Shown one piece after another: positions 8,888 through 18,509 of a DNA stretch of 24,865 nt. The first letter of the stretch is position 1. The number at the start of each line of letters is the position of its first letter. Origin of the DNA: Gammaproteobacteria bacterium. GTDB lineage: Bacteria > Pseudomonadota > Gammaproteobacteria > GCA-001735895. A model generated the notes under the pieces. It was not told where the DNA came from. It saw only the letters and a list, made by a program, of their open reading frames with translations, and searched no databases. Made by a program: the position numbers and the translations under genes. The DNA lies in the NCBI GenBank assembly GCA_050298595.1, contig JBNKUM010000090.1:1-24865 (forward strand), given 5' to 3'.

Positions 8888-11176
8888 TTACAGACCTGCG
8901 CGGATCAAACCACCCAATCCTCTCGCATCCAGCTGTTCAATGTAGAGATCTTTGACATCCTGAAAATCCGGCAGGTTTTTGGCTTCTTCAAACAACGCTT
9001 TCAGCTCTTTATGACTGAAAGAGCGAATAACCTTTTTGGCTCGAGGTAAACTCCCAGCACTCATCGACAGGCTTTCTATACCCATTCCCATCAATGCCAT
9101 CACGCCCAGAGGGTCACCGGCAAGTTCACCGCACACGCTAACTGGAGTGTTCTGCAAAGCAGCCCCCTTAACAATCTGCTCCATAGCTCGTAGCACTGAG
9201 GGGTGCAGTGAAGAAAACAGTTTAGCCACTGACTCGTTATTACGATCAACAGCAAGCAGGTATTGCGTTAAATCATTAGTTCCGATGGATACAAAATCTA
9301 CCTGCTGGCAAATTTCACCAATTTGAAAAATACTACTGGGTACTTCGATCATTGCTCCCGTATGTGGAAAACGAATATCAAACCCCATCTCTTCCTGTAC
9401 TTCATCCTTGGCTCGATGAATCAATATCAATCCATCTTCCAGTTCCTGCAGGGAACTGATCATGGGCAACAAAATGTGTAGATTATCCAGCCCAATGCTA
9501 GCCCGTATCATCGCTCGCACCTGGGTAATAAAGATATCTGGATGATCAAGAGTCATCCTGATACCGCGCCAGCCGAGGAACGGATTAGCTTCACGAATAG
9601 GGAAGTAACTTAACGGTTTGTCTCCCCCCACATCAAGGGTTCGCAACACTACAGGCTTACCTTTAAATGTTTCAAGCACATCTCGATAGATTCGATACTG
9701 GTCATCTTCACTAGGAAAACTTTCACGAATCTGAAACGGAATCTCAGTACGGTACAGACCAACCCCCTCGGCACCACTGCGTAAAGAGGGGCTAAGATCA
9801 GACATCAGACCTGAATTGACGAACAGTGAAACCCGTTCTCCATCTGTGGTTACCGCTGGTTTATCTTTTAGTTCCAGCAGACTATCAGAGACCTGTCGCT
9901 CTTCCTTGATATATCTCCTCAGATCATCCAGCAATGCCTGCTTGGGGTCGATATAAACCGTACCGCTATAGCCATCGGTGACCACCATCAGATCAGACAT
10001 TTGTGTATAGGGCAGATTAGCCACGCCCATAACCGCAGGTACACCAAGGGCATGCGCAAGAATCGCGACATGCGATGAGCTTGAACCATGTTGCGACACA
10101 ATACCCTGTAACCGATCCAGCGGCACACTGGCAAAATCCGTTGCCGAAATCTCTTCACCAACCAGCATAAACTGAGCCGGAAAATCAAGATCGTTAGATT
10201 GATCAGACATCATTCGCTGTAATACACGACGCCCAAGATCACGGATATCATTCGCTCTTTCGGACAGATACTCATCATCCATAGATGCGAACACTTCGGC
10301 ATGCTCAAGAATGGTTTTACGCCAGGCGGCAGGTGCCCAGTTGCCCTCTTCTATACGTTGACAGGTATCATCAATCAAAGAGCCACTATCCAGCATTTGA
10401 GCATAAGCCACAAACAGGGCGCACTCTTCCTCGGGCAAAGATTGCTTCATCAGCTCTGCTTGTTCGAACAGAGCTGACTTGACTTTTTCTACTGCAGAAT
10501 CAAATAGCAAAACCTGTTCCAGGATACTCTCGCGTCCTTCAATTTTCTTATCCGGTACATTATGCAGATTGACACCATGATTGATCACCACCGCATTACC
10601 CATGGACAGCCCAGGAGCACCGGCAACACCATTTAAGGTACAGGAGATAGAGGCGCTTTCGTCCGACAGTAAGCGAGCCATCTCGCCACTACGCTGTGCG
10701 TGGAAAATGGCATTGGCTAACTGAGTTGCCAGGGTGGTTAGAAATGCTTCATCGTCATTATCAAAGCTATCCGCTTTACGTTGAACAACCAGAACCCCTA
10801 ACACCTTTCGCTGGGAGATGATAGGGACTCCCATGAATACTGGAAACTGTTCTTCTCCTGAGCCTTCGAAATAAACAAACCTCTTATGTGACAGCGCATC
10901 CTCAAGGCGCACCGGCTCGGCTTTTTCAGCAACCATCCCGACCAGACCTGAACCAGTACTGAGCTTAATCCGACCCACAGAACCTTTACGGAACCCACGG
11001 TTAGCCATCAATAACAGATTTTCAGACTCATCTTCCATATTTAAAAAGATAGAACAGATATCGATATTCAGGGCATCGATAAGATTTTCCACGATAAGAT
11101 CCAGCGCCGACTGAATATCTGCCGCCTGATCAACCTTTTTTACTATTTTCTGTAATGTATGGATCAGAGATGGCAT
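8888..11176 (-). CDS. ptsP: phosphoenolpyruvate--protein phosphotransferase, enzyme I-Ntr
   Basis: N-terminal GAF domain, SSHVAILA phospho-His motif, and GVGLYRTE, RTLDVGGDK, EANPFLGWRGIR, SIGTNDLTQY and CGE motifs. Downstream of rppH. Confidence 0.97.
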   Translation of the reverse strand: MPSLIHTLQKIVKKVDQAADIQSALDLIVENLIDALNIDICSIFLNMEDESENLLLMANRGFRKGSVGRIKLSTGSGLVGMVAEKAEPVRLEDALSHKRFVYFEGSGEEQFPVFMGVPIISQRKVLGVLVVQRKADSFDNDDEAFLTTLATQLANAIFHAQRSGEMARLLSDESASISCTLNGVAGAPGLSMGNAVVINHGVNLHNVPDKKIEGRESILEQVLLFDSAVEKVKSALFEQAELMKQSLPEEECALFVAYAQMLDSGSLIDDTCQRIEEGNWAPAAWRKTILEHAEVFASMDDEYLSERANDIRDLGRRVLQRMMSDQSNDLDFPAQFMLVGEEISATDFASVPLDRLQGIVSQHGSSSSHVAILAHALGVPAVMGVANLPYTQMSDLMVVTDGYSGTVYIDPKQALLDDLRRYIKEERQVSDSLLELKDKPAVTTDGERVSLFVNSGLMSDLSPSLRSGAEGVGLYRTEIPFQIRESFPSEDDQYRIYRDVLETFKGKPVVLRTLDVGGDKPLSYFPIREANPFLGWRGIRMTLDHPDIFITQVRAMIRASIGLDNLHILLPMISSLQELEDGLILIHRAKDEVQEEMGFDIRFPHTGAMIEVPSSIFQIGEICQQVDFVSIGTNDLTQYLLAVDRNNESVAKLFSSLHPSVLRAMEQIVKGAALQNTPVSVCGELAGDPLGVMALMGMGIESLSMSAGSLPRAKKVIRSFSHKELKALFEEAKNLPDFQDVKDLYIEQLDARGLGGLIRAGL

Positions 11177-11180
11177 AAAA

Positions 11181-11675
11181 TTAACTGGTCACCATGGAGA
11201 CCGGATTTTCAAGATGGGCATTGAGCTGCTGTAAAGCACAACGATATACACGCTTTTTAAAATAAACAACATTCTCGACAGGATACCAGTAATCAACCCA
11301 TTTCCATTGATCAAATTCAGGCTTGCTAGAAACTTCCAGATTCAGGCGATTTTCATCACCCACCAGTTTCAACAAAAACCATTTTTGTTTCTGACCAATA
11401 CAAACCGGTTGACTGTTACGACGTACCATACGTTTGGGCAATTTATAGCGCAGCCAGCTATTAGTAGCTGCAATAATCTCAACGTCCTTAGATTTCAGAC
11501 CAACCTCTTCCCAAAGCTCACGATACATTGCCTGTTGTTCATCTTCTCCCCCATCAATTCCACCCTGTGGAAACTGCCATGCATCCTGCCCCATACGGCG
11601 TGCCCACAGCACCAAACCCTGATTATTAGACAGGATAATACCAACGTTTGCGCGATAACCATCAGAATCAATCAC
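11181..11675 (-). CDS. rppH: RNA pyrophosphohydrolase (Nudix)
   Basis: GTG start. [21 protein letters not shown]...RELWEEVGL Nudix box, and GQKQKWFLL. Confidence 0.97.
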   Translation of the reverse strand: MIDSDGYRANVGIILSNNQGLVLWARRMGQDAWQFPQGGIDGGEDEQQAMYRELWEEVGLKSKDVEIIAATNSWLRYKLPKRMVRRNSQPVCIGQKQKWFLLKLVGDENRLNLEVSSKPEFDQWKWVDYWYPVENVVYFKKRVYRCALQQLNAHLENPVSMVTS

Positions 11676-11759
11676 TTAGAGGGAACTCATGAGATAAAAT
11701 GACCTATTATTCTGGCACAAAATCCTTATAGTGACCAATTTATCGAGAGCGCACCAAAC

Positions 11760-12416
11760 ATGGCCCTGACTTTATTCGATCTGGATAACACCCTGATTAC
11801 AAACGATAGTGACTTTTTATGGGGTCAATATCTGGTTGATAACAATATTGTCGACCCACTCAAGTACGAAGAGAAAAACCGTCAGTTTTTTGAAGATTAT
11901 GAACAGGGTAATCTGAATATAGATAGCTACCTGCGCTTTTCTCTGGAACCTTTAACGCAGTTTCCTGTTAAGCAACTGTACCAGTGGCGGGCACATTTTG
12001 TTGAAAGCGTAATCGAACCACTCATCGCAGCAGGCACAGCGGCATTACTGCAAAAGCATAGAAAACAGGGCGATACCCTGATAATTATCAGCGCCACCAA
12101 CCTGTTCGTCACCGAACCCATAGCCGAATTACTTGGCATCGAGCATATCATATCAACCATCCCCGAGATGATTAATGGGAAATATACTGGCAATTATCTG
12201 GGCACCCCCACATTCCAGCAGGGCAAGGTAAGCGCGCTTGAAGAATGGATGAATAAAAATAGACAAACCCTGGCCGGCAGCACGTTTTATAGCGACTCTC
12301 ATAACGACTTAGCGCTGCTGGAACAGGTGGAATATCCGATAGCGGTCAATCCAGATGAGCGACTGGCTCACATCGCAGGTGAGCGTAACTGGCCAATTAT
12401 TGATCTACGAAAATAG
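11760..12416 (+). CDS. HAD-IB family phosphatase (histidinol-phosphatase-like)
   Basis: FDLDNTL, ISAT, GK and FYSDSHNDLALL...AVNPD motifs. Divergent from rppH as in many Gammaproteobacteria. Substrate is inferred. Confidence 0.88.
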   Translation: MALTLFDLDNTLITNDSDFLWGQYLVDNNIVDPLKYEEKNRQFFEDYEQGNLNIDSYLRFSLEPLTQFPVKQLYQWRAHFVESVIEPLIAAGTAALLQKHRKQGDTLIIISATNLFVTEPIAELLGIEHIISTIPEMINGKYTGNYLGTPTFQQGKVSALEEWMNKNRQTLAGSTFYSDSHNDLALLEQVEYPIAVNPDERLAHIAGERNWPIIDLRK

Positions 12417-12427
12417 TCATACCAGAA

Positions 12428-12994
12428 TCAGGCTTTCGGCAGGGTAACACCCTGCTGACCCTGATATTTGCCTCCGCGATCTTTGTAGGAGGTTTCGCAG
12501 ACTTCATCCGACTCAAAAAACAGCATCTGTGCAACACCTTCATTGGCATAGATCTTTGCAGGCAACGGAGAGGTATTGGAAAACTCCAGCGTCACATGCC
12601 CTTCCCATTCCGGCTCAAGCGGGGTGACATTAACAATAATGCCACAACGCGCATAGGTGGACTTACCCAGGCAAATCGTCAGCACGCTACGCGGAATTCG
12701 AAAATATTCAACCGTACGCGCGAGTGCGAATGAATTAGGTGGAATAATGCAAACATCCGAATTTACGTCGACAAAACTATCATCAGAAAAATCCTTTGGG
12801 TCTACGATAGCGGAATTAATATTGGTAAAAATCTTGAATTCACTGGCACAACGTACATCGTAACCATAGCTTGAAGTCCCGTAGGAAATAATACGCCCCT
12901 GCTCCGACTCACGCACCTGCCCACTTTCGAAGGGTTCAATCATGCCTTCATTTTCAGCCATGCGCCGAATCCACTTATCTGACTTGATAGCCAC
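12428..12994 (-). CDS. dcd: dCTP deaminase
   Basis: GTG start. [34 protein letters not shown] and GKYQGQ motifs. Confidence 0.97.
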   Translation of the reverse strand: MAIKSDKWIRRMAENEGMIEPFESGQVRESEQGRIISYGTSSYGYDVRCASEFKIFTNINSAIVDPKDFSDDSFVDVNSDVCIIPPNSFALARTVEYFRIPRSVLTICLGKSTYARCGIIVNVTPLEPEWEGHVTLEFSNTSPLPAKIYANEGVAQMLFFESDEVCETSYKDRGGKYQGQQGVTLPKA

Positions 12995-13015
12995 AGCCTG
13001 TCCTCGAACATTAAA

Positions 13016-13051
13016 GGCGCGGATTATACCTGCCAGTCAAAATGGATTAAA
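13016..13051 (-). promoter_or_regulatory. putative dcd promoter with GC-rich discriminator
   Basis: Minus strand TATAAT (13028-13023) followed by CCGCGCC, with only a weak -35 (TTTAAT) 17 bp upstream. Confidence 0.5.
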
Positions 13052-13090
13052 GCTTAGATAGAAGCAAAGTCAGATGAAGCAGTTTCATTT

Positions 13091-14008
13091 TCAATGACCC
13101 AATTTATCCCAACACGGTTGATCACCAAATCGATTGTGCAGAAAATCAACCAGTGCTCTTACACGTGCTGGCATCAGTCGCCCCGGTGGAAATACTGCAT
13201 GCAACCCCGTTTCTGGAGAAGGAAAATCTGTCAGCACAGGTACTAGATCACCCGACTGTAATAATCGATGCACAATAAAAGTTGGCAAATTCACCAGGCC
13301 AAGCCCATTCACTGCTGCGCGAGCCAGAAAATCACCATTATTCGCTGACAGATTATTTTTCGGTATAAATGATTGCAGCTTACCATCGACCAAATAGCGC
13401 CAGCCGAGATTAGTCGGCACATTGCTGTAGTTCAGACCCAGATGATCAGGCAATTGAGAGGGGTGTTCGGGTATACCGTGTCGCTTCAGATATTCTGGGC
13501 CGGCACAGGTCGCCATACGAACAATGCCCAGCTTGCGCACAAGTAGATTAGAATCCTGCAGGTCCCCCGCTCGAACGGCCACATCGAAACCCTCCTCCAC
13601 AAGATCGACCTGCCGGTCATTCAGATCAATATTTAGATCGATATTCGGATATTTAGCATTAAACTCACAAACAACACTACACAGGTACTGATTGCTGAAC
13701 GATACAGGTGCGGCAATGCGGATCCGACCCTTTAGCTCTACCTGCTCATCACCGACTAACTCCTCAGCCTCTTCCAGCTCAGTCAATATCTGAATTGAAC
13801 GTTTGTAAAACTGCTGCCCCTGGTCGGTGAGTGACAGTTTACGCGTAGTTCGTTGCAATAATTGAACACCCAGACGTTGCTCCAGCTCACTCACACGTCG
13901 TGACAATGATGACTTTGCCATATTCAGCTTGTCAGCAGCTTTGGTAAAACTCATCTGTTCCACCACCATTACAAAGGCATAAATCTGTTCAAATTTATTG
14001 ACTCGCAT
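13091..14008 (-). CDS. LysR-family regulator (CrgA/DmlR-like)
   Basis: HTH SFTKAADKL...SSLSRRVSELEQRLGVQLLQRTTRKLSLT, and VDLVEEGFDVAVR. Divergent from azoR. Confidence 0.95.
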   Translation of the reverse strand: MRVNKFEQIYAFVMVVEQMSFTKAADKLNMAKSSLSRRVSELEQRLGVQLLQRTTRKLSLTDQGQQFYKRSIQILTELEEAEELVGDEQVELKGRIRIAAPVSFSNQYLCSVVCEFNAKYPNIDLNIDLNDRQVDLVEEGFDVAVRAGDLQDSNLLVRKLGIVRMATCAGPEYLKRHGIPEHPSQLPDHLGLNYSNVPTNLGWRYLVDGKLQSFIPKNNLSANNGDFLARAAVNGLGLVNLPTFIVHRLLQSGDLVPVLTDFPSPETGLHAVFPPGRLMPARVRALVDFLHNRFGDQPCWDKLGH

Positions 14009-14146
14009 ACCCTTACCTCAGAAAAAAACGAAACCCCATTGTTTTAATTTGGAGTACTATGTTTTTCGAATATTGCTATTTATCATTAAATTTGAAACAA
14101 CAATAATCGTATTAGTGACAAAACATACTATTATGGAGTAGTAAAA

Positions 14147-14758
14147 TTGAATCACACCCTGTTAACCATCAATGCAAGTTCAAACCCACTCGCCTCTACC
14201 ACCCGAAAACTGTGCGAACAAGTACAGGATTCACTGTCGAAACTACACTCTGAGCTGAAGCTAATACAGCATGATGTAAGCCATGGTCTTCCTTTTATCA
14301 ATGCAGAGTGGATAGGCGCGTCCTACACAGCCGAAGCAGATCGTAGCGAATCGCAACGTGAGTTACTGGCGATGTCAGATGAACTTATCGAAGAACTGAA
14401 AGCAGCCGATGAAGTCATCATTGCTACGCCTATGTATAATTTTTCAATACCTAGCGGGCTGAAAGCCTGGATTGATATGGTAGTGAGAGTTGGTACAACT
14501 TTCCACTATACTGCTGAAGGCCCTCAAGGCCTGCTTGACGACAAACCTGTCATCCTGATCATCAGTACAGGTGGCATCCCGCTGGGTAGTTCTATGGATT
14601 TTGTTACCCCCTACCTAAAACAGGTGCTCAAATTTATTGGCATCACTGATGTCAGCGTAATTAATGCAGAAGGCATGAATGTATACCCGGAAAACAGCCT
14701 GCAGAATGCCAATAATCAAATTGACCAACTTATCCAGCAACGTGCGAAACCCGCTTAG
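14147..14758 (+). CDS. azoR: FMN-dependent NADH-azoreductase / quinone reductase
   Basis: TTG start with GGAG RBS (14135-14138). ATPMYNFSIPSGLKAWID, GTTFHYTAEGPQGL and STGG motifs. Confidence 0.88.
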   Translation: MNHTLLTINASSNPLASTTRKLCEQVQDSLSKLHSELKLIQHDVSHGLPFINAEWIGASYTAEADRSESQRELLAMSDELIEELKAADEVIIATPMYNFSIPSGLKAWIDMVVRVGTTFHYTAEGPQGLLDDKPVILIISTGGIPLGSSMDFVTPYLKQVLKFIGITDVSVINAEGMNVYPENSLQNANNQIDQLIQQRAKPA

Positions 14759-14767
14759 GCGAACAAT

Positions 14768-14991
14768 ATAATCAACTCCCATCAAACAATGCAATTAACC
14801 TGGTCGCTTGCATCCTGATGTCTGTTATGCTACTCGAGGCAGGCTTAAGCAAAATTGGCACATACAAAGAAACTCAGGGCTATTTGAATCAAATAGCTGT
14901 GCCCAGCATGTTATTACCAGCAGTAATCACCCCCTGGCGCAATATCCTGTTATAAATCTTTGCTAACGGTGCAGACAAATTATCACTTGAT
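14768..14991 (+). pseudogene. DoxX-family (YqjF-like) membrane protein remnant
   Basis: The frame from 14785 reads NNAINLVACILMSVMLLEAGLSKIGTYKETQGYLNQIAVPSMLLPAVITPWRNILL*IFANGADKLSLD. The first part matches the YqjF-type N-terminus (ARILM...AGWGKITGYAGTQQYMEAMGVP..LP.VI) and the last part matches the C-terminal G-[PA]-G-x-x-S-[IL]-D motif. The middle is missing, there is an in-frame TAA at 14953, and there is no start codon at the expected position. Confidence 0.8.
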
Positions 14992-15004
14992 TTAGGAGTA
15001 AAGC

Positions 15005-15847
15005 ATGAATCGACATATCACTCAGTTTATAAAAGGCATACCGGCGACCGATGGTGCCGGCGTAGAACTGGTGCGGGTGATCGGGCAACCGGCACTCATG
15101 CAGCTTGACCCCTTTTTATTGCTGGACGCCTTTCGCTCGGATAACCCAGAAGACTACATCGCCGGATTTCCACCACACCCGCATCGTGGATTTGAAACCG
15201 TCACTTATCTGCTGAATGGCAAGATGCGCCACAAGGATAACGCAGGGCATGAAGGTGTGATTGAACCTGGCGGCATTCAATGGATGACAGCAGCCAGAGG
15301 TATTGTGCATTCCGAAATGCCGGAGCAGGAAAATGGATTACTCGAAGGTTTTCAGCTTTGGGTTAACCTGCCTGCCGAGCATAAGATGGATGCACCAGGC
15401 TATCAGGAACACAATGCCAGCAAGATACCTGTAGAATCGCGCGAAGGTAGTCAGCTTCGTGTTATTACCGGAACTACCTGTCAGGGAACAACTGGACCCG
15501 TGGTTCAGCCGCTGACTGATCCACTGTATCTGGATGTCACAGTAGAGCCTGATGCAAAATTCAGTGAAATCCTGAACAGTGAACATAATGCCTTCTTATA
15601 TGGAATTGAAGGCGCTGCCTTGCTGGAAGATAGTCAGGGCAAGCAACATGCTGTTGGTAAAGATCAGCTGGTGGTACTTAGTAAAGGCGACAACCTGAGT
15701 GTAACAGCGGGTTCTGAAGGCAGCCGGTTTTTACTCATCGCAGGCAGGCCGTTAAATGAGCCAATTGCGCGCGGTGGTCCATTTGTAATGAATACTCGGC
15801 AGGAAGTGGAACAGGCATTTTACGATTATCAATCAGGCAAATTTTAA
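15005..15847 (+). CDS. pirin family protein
   Basis: DGAGV, LDPFLLLD, GFPPHPHRGFETVTY, WMTAARGIVHSE, QLWVNLP and GPFVMN motifs. RBS AGGAG. Confidence 0.96.
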   Translation: MNRHITQFIKGIPATDGAGVELVRVIGQPALMQLDPFLLLDAFRSDNPEDYIAGFPPHPHRGFETVTYLLNGKMRHKDNAGHEGVIEPGGIQWMTAARGIVHSEMPEQENGLLEGFQLWVNLPAEHKMDAPGYQEHNASKIPVESREGSQLRVITGTTCQGTTGPVVQPLTDPLYLDVTVEPDAKFSEILNSEHNAFLYGIEGAALLEDSQGKQHAVGKDQLVVLSKGDNLSVTAGSEGSRFLLIAGRPLNEPIARGGPFVMNTRQEVEQAFYDYQSGKF

Positions 15848-15850
15848 TTT

Positions 15851-15885
15851 AAGCCCGAATCTCTTTTAGAGGTTCGGGCTTTTTT
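15851..15885 (+). terminator. rho-independent terminator after pirin
   Basis: AAGCCCGAATCTCT-TTT-AGAGGTTCGGGCTT followed by a T-run. Confidence 0.9.
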
Positions 15886-15921
15886 ATTTGTTAAGCTTAA
15901 ACACCCAACCAATTGTCAGCC

Positions 15922-16524
15922 TCATTGCTCAGCAGTCGAGGATGCCCCATTCCACTTTTTTGCAACCTGATACCGCAGCAAGGTTTCCCACTGACTTGAA
16001 TCGGATTCTATCGCCTCGAAAACCACGTAAACCTCTTCGTAAAAGCCACTCAACTGGCACCCTTTTTCTACAACATAGCGACGTAACTTTTCCAGCGACT
16101 GGGGGATGTTTTCATAACGGCCCATGTGGCGGATCTCGGCGATGCGTGTTTCGTTTCTACGCTGATAAAAGATCTTCACCTCGGTGCTGTCCTTAATATC
16201 AGCAAGTCCAACCGCAGTTTCCGCTACCGGCCTGGCATAGTCGATCTCCCATTCCTGCGCTGGTTTGATTTCCCTTTGATGCCAGTCGAGATGCCTGCCG
16301 CTGATATAAGCAGGCGATAGTTTGAGTTTTCTGCTGGCGCTGTAAAGGGTTACCGCTGCAGTGTCTCGGGTAACGACGGGGTCACCTGTGATGCGCGCGA
16401 CTAATACTTTGCCTGCCGTGAGCGTATAGATACGCGGCTGGTAGCGTTGTTGTTCGACGCGCCAGTCATATACCGCAGTAAATAAAACCGCAGGTATCAA
16501 TATCGCGAAAAATTTAACCCGCAT
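15922..16524 (-). CDS. GyrI-like small-molecule-binding domain protein with N-terminal hydrophobic segment
   Basis: C-terminal IRHMGRYENIPQSLEKLRRYV..KG..LSG..EEVY...WETLLRYQV is typical of the GyrI-like/BmrR effector fold. The start is re-placed at ATG 16524 (MRVKFFAILIPAVLFTAVY), 4 nt after the upstream stop. No HTH. Confidence 0.78.
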   Translation of the reverse strand: MRVKFFAILIPAVLFTAVYDWRVEQQRYQPRIYTLTAGKVLVARITGDPVVTRDTAAVTLYSASRKLKLSPAYISGRHLDWHQREIKPAQEWEIDYARPVAETAVGLADIKDSTEVKIFYQRRNETRIAEIRHMGRYENIPQSLEKLRRYVVEKGCQLSGFYEEVYVVFEAIESDSSQWETLLRYQVAKKWNGASSTAEQ

Positions 16525-16528
16525 CGTT

Positions 16529-17680
16529 TCAACGCACCAGTTGCGGAATGAGTGGCCCATCAACTCGGGGCTTGCCGATCAACTGGGGTATCAAGGCGTT
16601 GAACAGGTAAACAAAAGGCACAGTCAACGCCATGCTTATTACGGTCACACAAACACCACTGACGAGAATCAAACCCACTCCATCCGCAAAATGATTGAGA
16701 AGCCATGCCGCCAGCCTGTCGTTGATGAAATGATAAAAAACACCGTTCAGGCCAAAAACGACCAGGGTGTTGGCGCCCAGATATGCAACAAATCTCCGTT
16801 GGCCGGATAGCCTGGCTAGCAGCATAATCATCACACTGCCGATTATCGCGGTGATGGGAAAAAGGATCAGGTTGCCATGCGATGAGGCAACCATCACCAC
16901 GGCATCGTAAGTTGGTATCGTGAACATACCTTTGTTCAAATCGTAAGTGAAATAGACCAGCGCCAGACAAACTATCAACCCGGCGATACCTTTAAGCAAA
17001 GGCATCGATTCAACGAGGAAGTTTTTACGTCTCAGGTAAACCCCTACAAGGTACAGCGAGTAAGCAGTAAACGCTTCCAGGATCATAAAGTAGGGATAAA
17101 TTTTGCCATCGGGTGATAGCAGGTTGAGCGGGTTTAGAACGCCTGCATTCCAGGCGAGTATCGAACCGATCAGGTAGTAGCCAAACGCAATGCCGATAAT
17201 TCTGGCCTGAGAGTTAAGATAGCGAGCGGTGAAGTAATGCATGCTCTCCACCACAAACAGGCAGATCAGGAACCAGGTGGGGATATTGAAAAAAGGAAAC
17301 CCTGCTAGAAAAGTAGCTGCCAGCCCTTTTATGTAACCATCAAGCGAGGGTAGCTCAAGTCCCGCGCTAAAACCGCTGACCCAGAATGTCGGGATGACCA
17401 GAATAAAGGTCAGAAAGGCATAGGGAAGCAGGCGCGACAGTAGCTGTCGTTTTGTAAAGGTGGCAAAGTCATAGTTGCTACTCAAATCTTTCGCGATAAA
17501 GCCGGATAGAATGAAAAACAGCGGCATGTGGAAGGAATAGATGAACTTGTAATGCACAGCAGCAATCGCGCTACCTTCCTTCATGCAGCTTTCGATAAAG
17601 TGGCCGTAATAGACCAGAATGACACCATACAGCCTGGCGACATCGATAAATTGAATGCGACTGGCGGACAATTGCTTCAC
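16529..17680 (-). CDS. acyltransferase family 3 integral membrane O-acyltransferase
   Basis: RIQFIDVAR...LVYYGH, FIYSFHMPLFFILSG, RLLPY, WFLICLF and LGANTL motifs, with about 10 hydrophobic segments. The GTG start overlaps the upstream TGA (GTGA, 17680-17677). Confidence 0.9.
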   Translation of the reverse strand: MKQLSASRIQFIDVARLYGVILVYYGHFIESCMKEGSAIAAVHYKFIYSFHMPLFFILSGFIAKDLSSNYDFATFTKRQLLSRLLPYAFLTFILVIPTFWVSGFSAGLELPSLDGYIKGLAATFLAGFPFFNIPTWFLICLFVVESMHYFTARYLNSQARIIGIAFGYYLIGSILAWNAGVLNPLNLLSPDGKIYPYFMILEAFTAYSLYLVGVYLRRKNFLVESMPLLKGIAGLIVCLALVYFTYDLNKGMFTIPTYDAVVMVASSHGNLILFPITAIIGSVMIMLLARLSGQRRFVAYLGANTLVVFGLNGVFYHFINDRLAAWLLNHFADGVGLILVSGVCVTVISMALTVPFVYLFNALIPQLIGKPRVDGPLIPQLVR

Positions 17681-18492
17681 GGGACCTGCCCCAGAGAAAA
17701 TCCTTTAGCCAGATGATTGCGCACAAAATAAATCATCAATACACCCGGCAAAATCGCTACCACGGTCATGGCACTCATCCAGCCTATGGAATTTAACCCG
17801 AGCGCCGTCCCTGCACGTAGCAGAATCGAGCCAAAGGGAACAGCATCAATCGTGGTCACCCAGTTCGCCAGCAGGATTTCAACCCAGGAAAAAATAAAAC
17901 AAAAGAACGCAGTCACGCCTATGCCCGGCGCGATAGAAGGGATCAGCACACGCATAAAAAACTGCGGCAGTGAATAGCCATCCAGCATAGCGGTCTCATC
18001 AAGCTCACGCGGGACCGAGGAAATAAATCCTTCTAGAATCCACACCGCGACGGGTACCGTAAAAAAACAATGCGCGAGCGCGACAGCGACATGGGTATCG
18101 GCGATGCCAACGCTGGAGTAAAGCTGCAGCAATGGTATCGCCACCGCTGCCGGCGGGGTCATTCTGCTCGCCAGAAACCAGAAAAACACATGACGCTCAG
18201 CGAGAAAGGAATAGCGCGAAAAGGCAAAGGCGGCCGGCACGGCGACTATCAGGGTGATGATATTGTTGATAAGCACATAAATCAGTGTATTCAAAAGCGC
18301 CATATAGGCCTGTGAATCACTGAATATAGCTTCGTAATTACCGAGCGTTCCCAGCATTGGAATCGGGGTGATACTATTCTTGATTTCAAATTCCGTTTTA
18401 AAGCTGTAGTTAACGATGGAATACAACGGCAGCAGTATCACGGCCACATAAACCATCGGGATGTATTGTTTGATTGCGCGTAGTCTTTTCAT
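17677..18492 (-). CDS. carbohydrate ABC transporter permease (GlpQ-like subunit of glycerol-type ABC importers)
   Basis: PAAFAFSRYSF, DTHVAVALAHC, EAA loop ELDETAMLDGYS, FFCFIFSWVE and C-terminal AKGFSLG. Start placed at ATG 18492. The ORF track's longer start (18546) overlaps the upstream gene. Confidence 0.88.
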   Translation of the reverse strand: MKRLRAIKQYIPMVYVAVILLPLYSIVNYSFKTEFEIKNSITPIPMLGTLGNYEAIFSDSQAYMALLNTLIYVLINNIITLIVAVPAAFAFSRYSFLAERHVFFWFLASRMTPPAAVAIPLLQLYSSVGIADTHVAVALAHCFFTVPVAVWILEGFISSVPRELDETAMLDGYSLPQFFMRVLIPSIAPGIGVTAFFCFIFSWVEILLANWVTTIDAVPFGSILLRAGTALGLNSIGWMSAMTVVAILPGVLMIYFVRNHLAKGFSLGQVP

Positions 18493-18509
18493 AGTAATAG
18501 GCAATGAGA

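Noticed and set aside
15888-16196. 102-aa plus-strand ORF and other short ORFs nested in or opposite recognised genes across the window
   Set aside because: They overlap well-supported genes, have no recognisable motifs and are consistent with chance frames.
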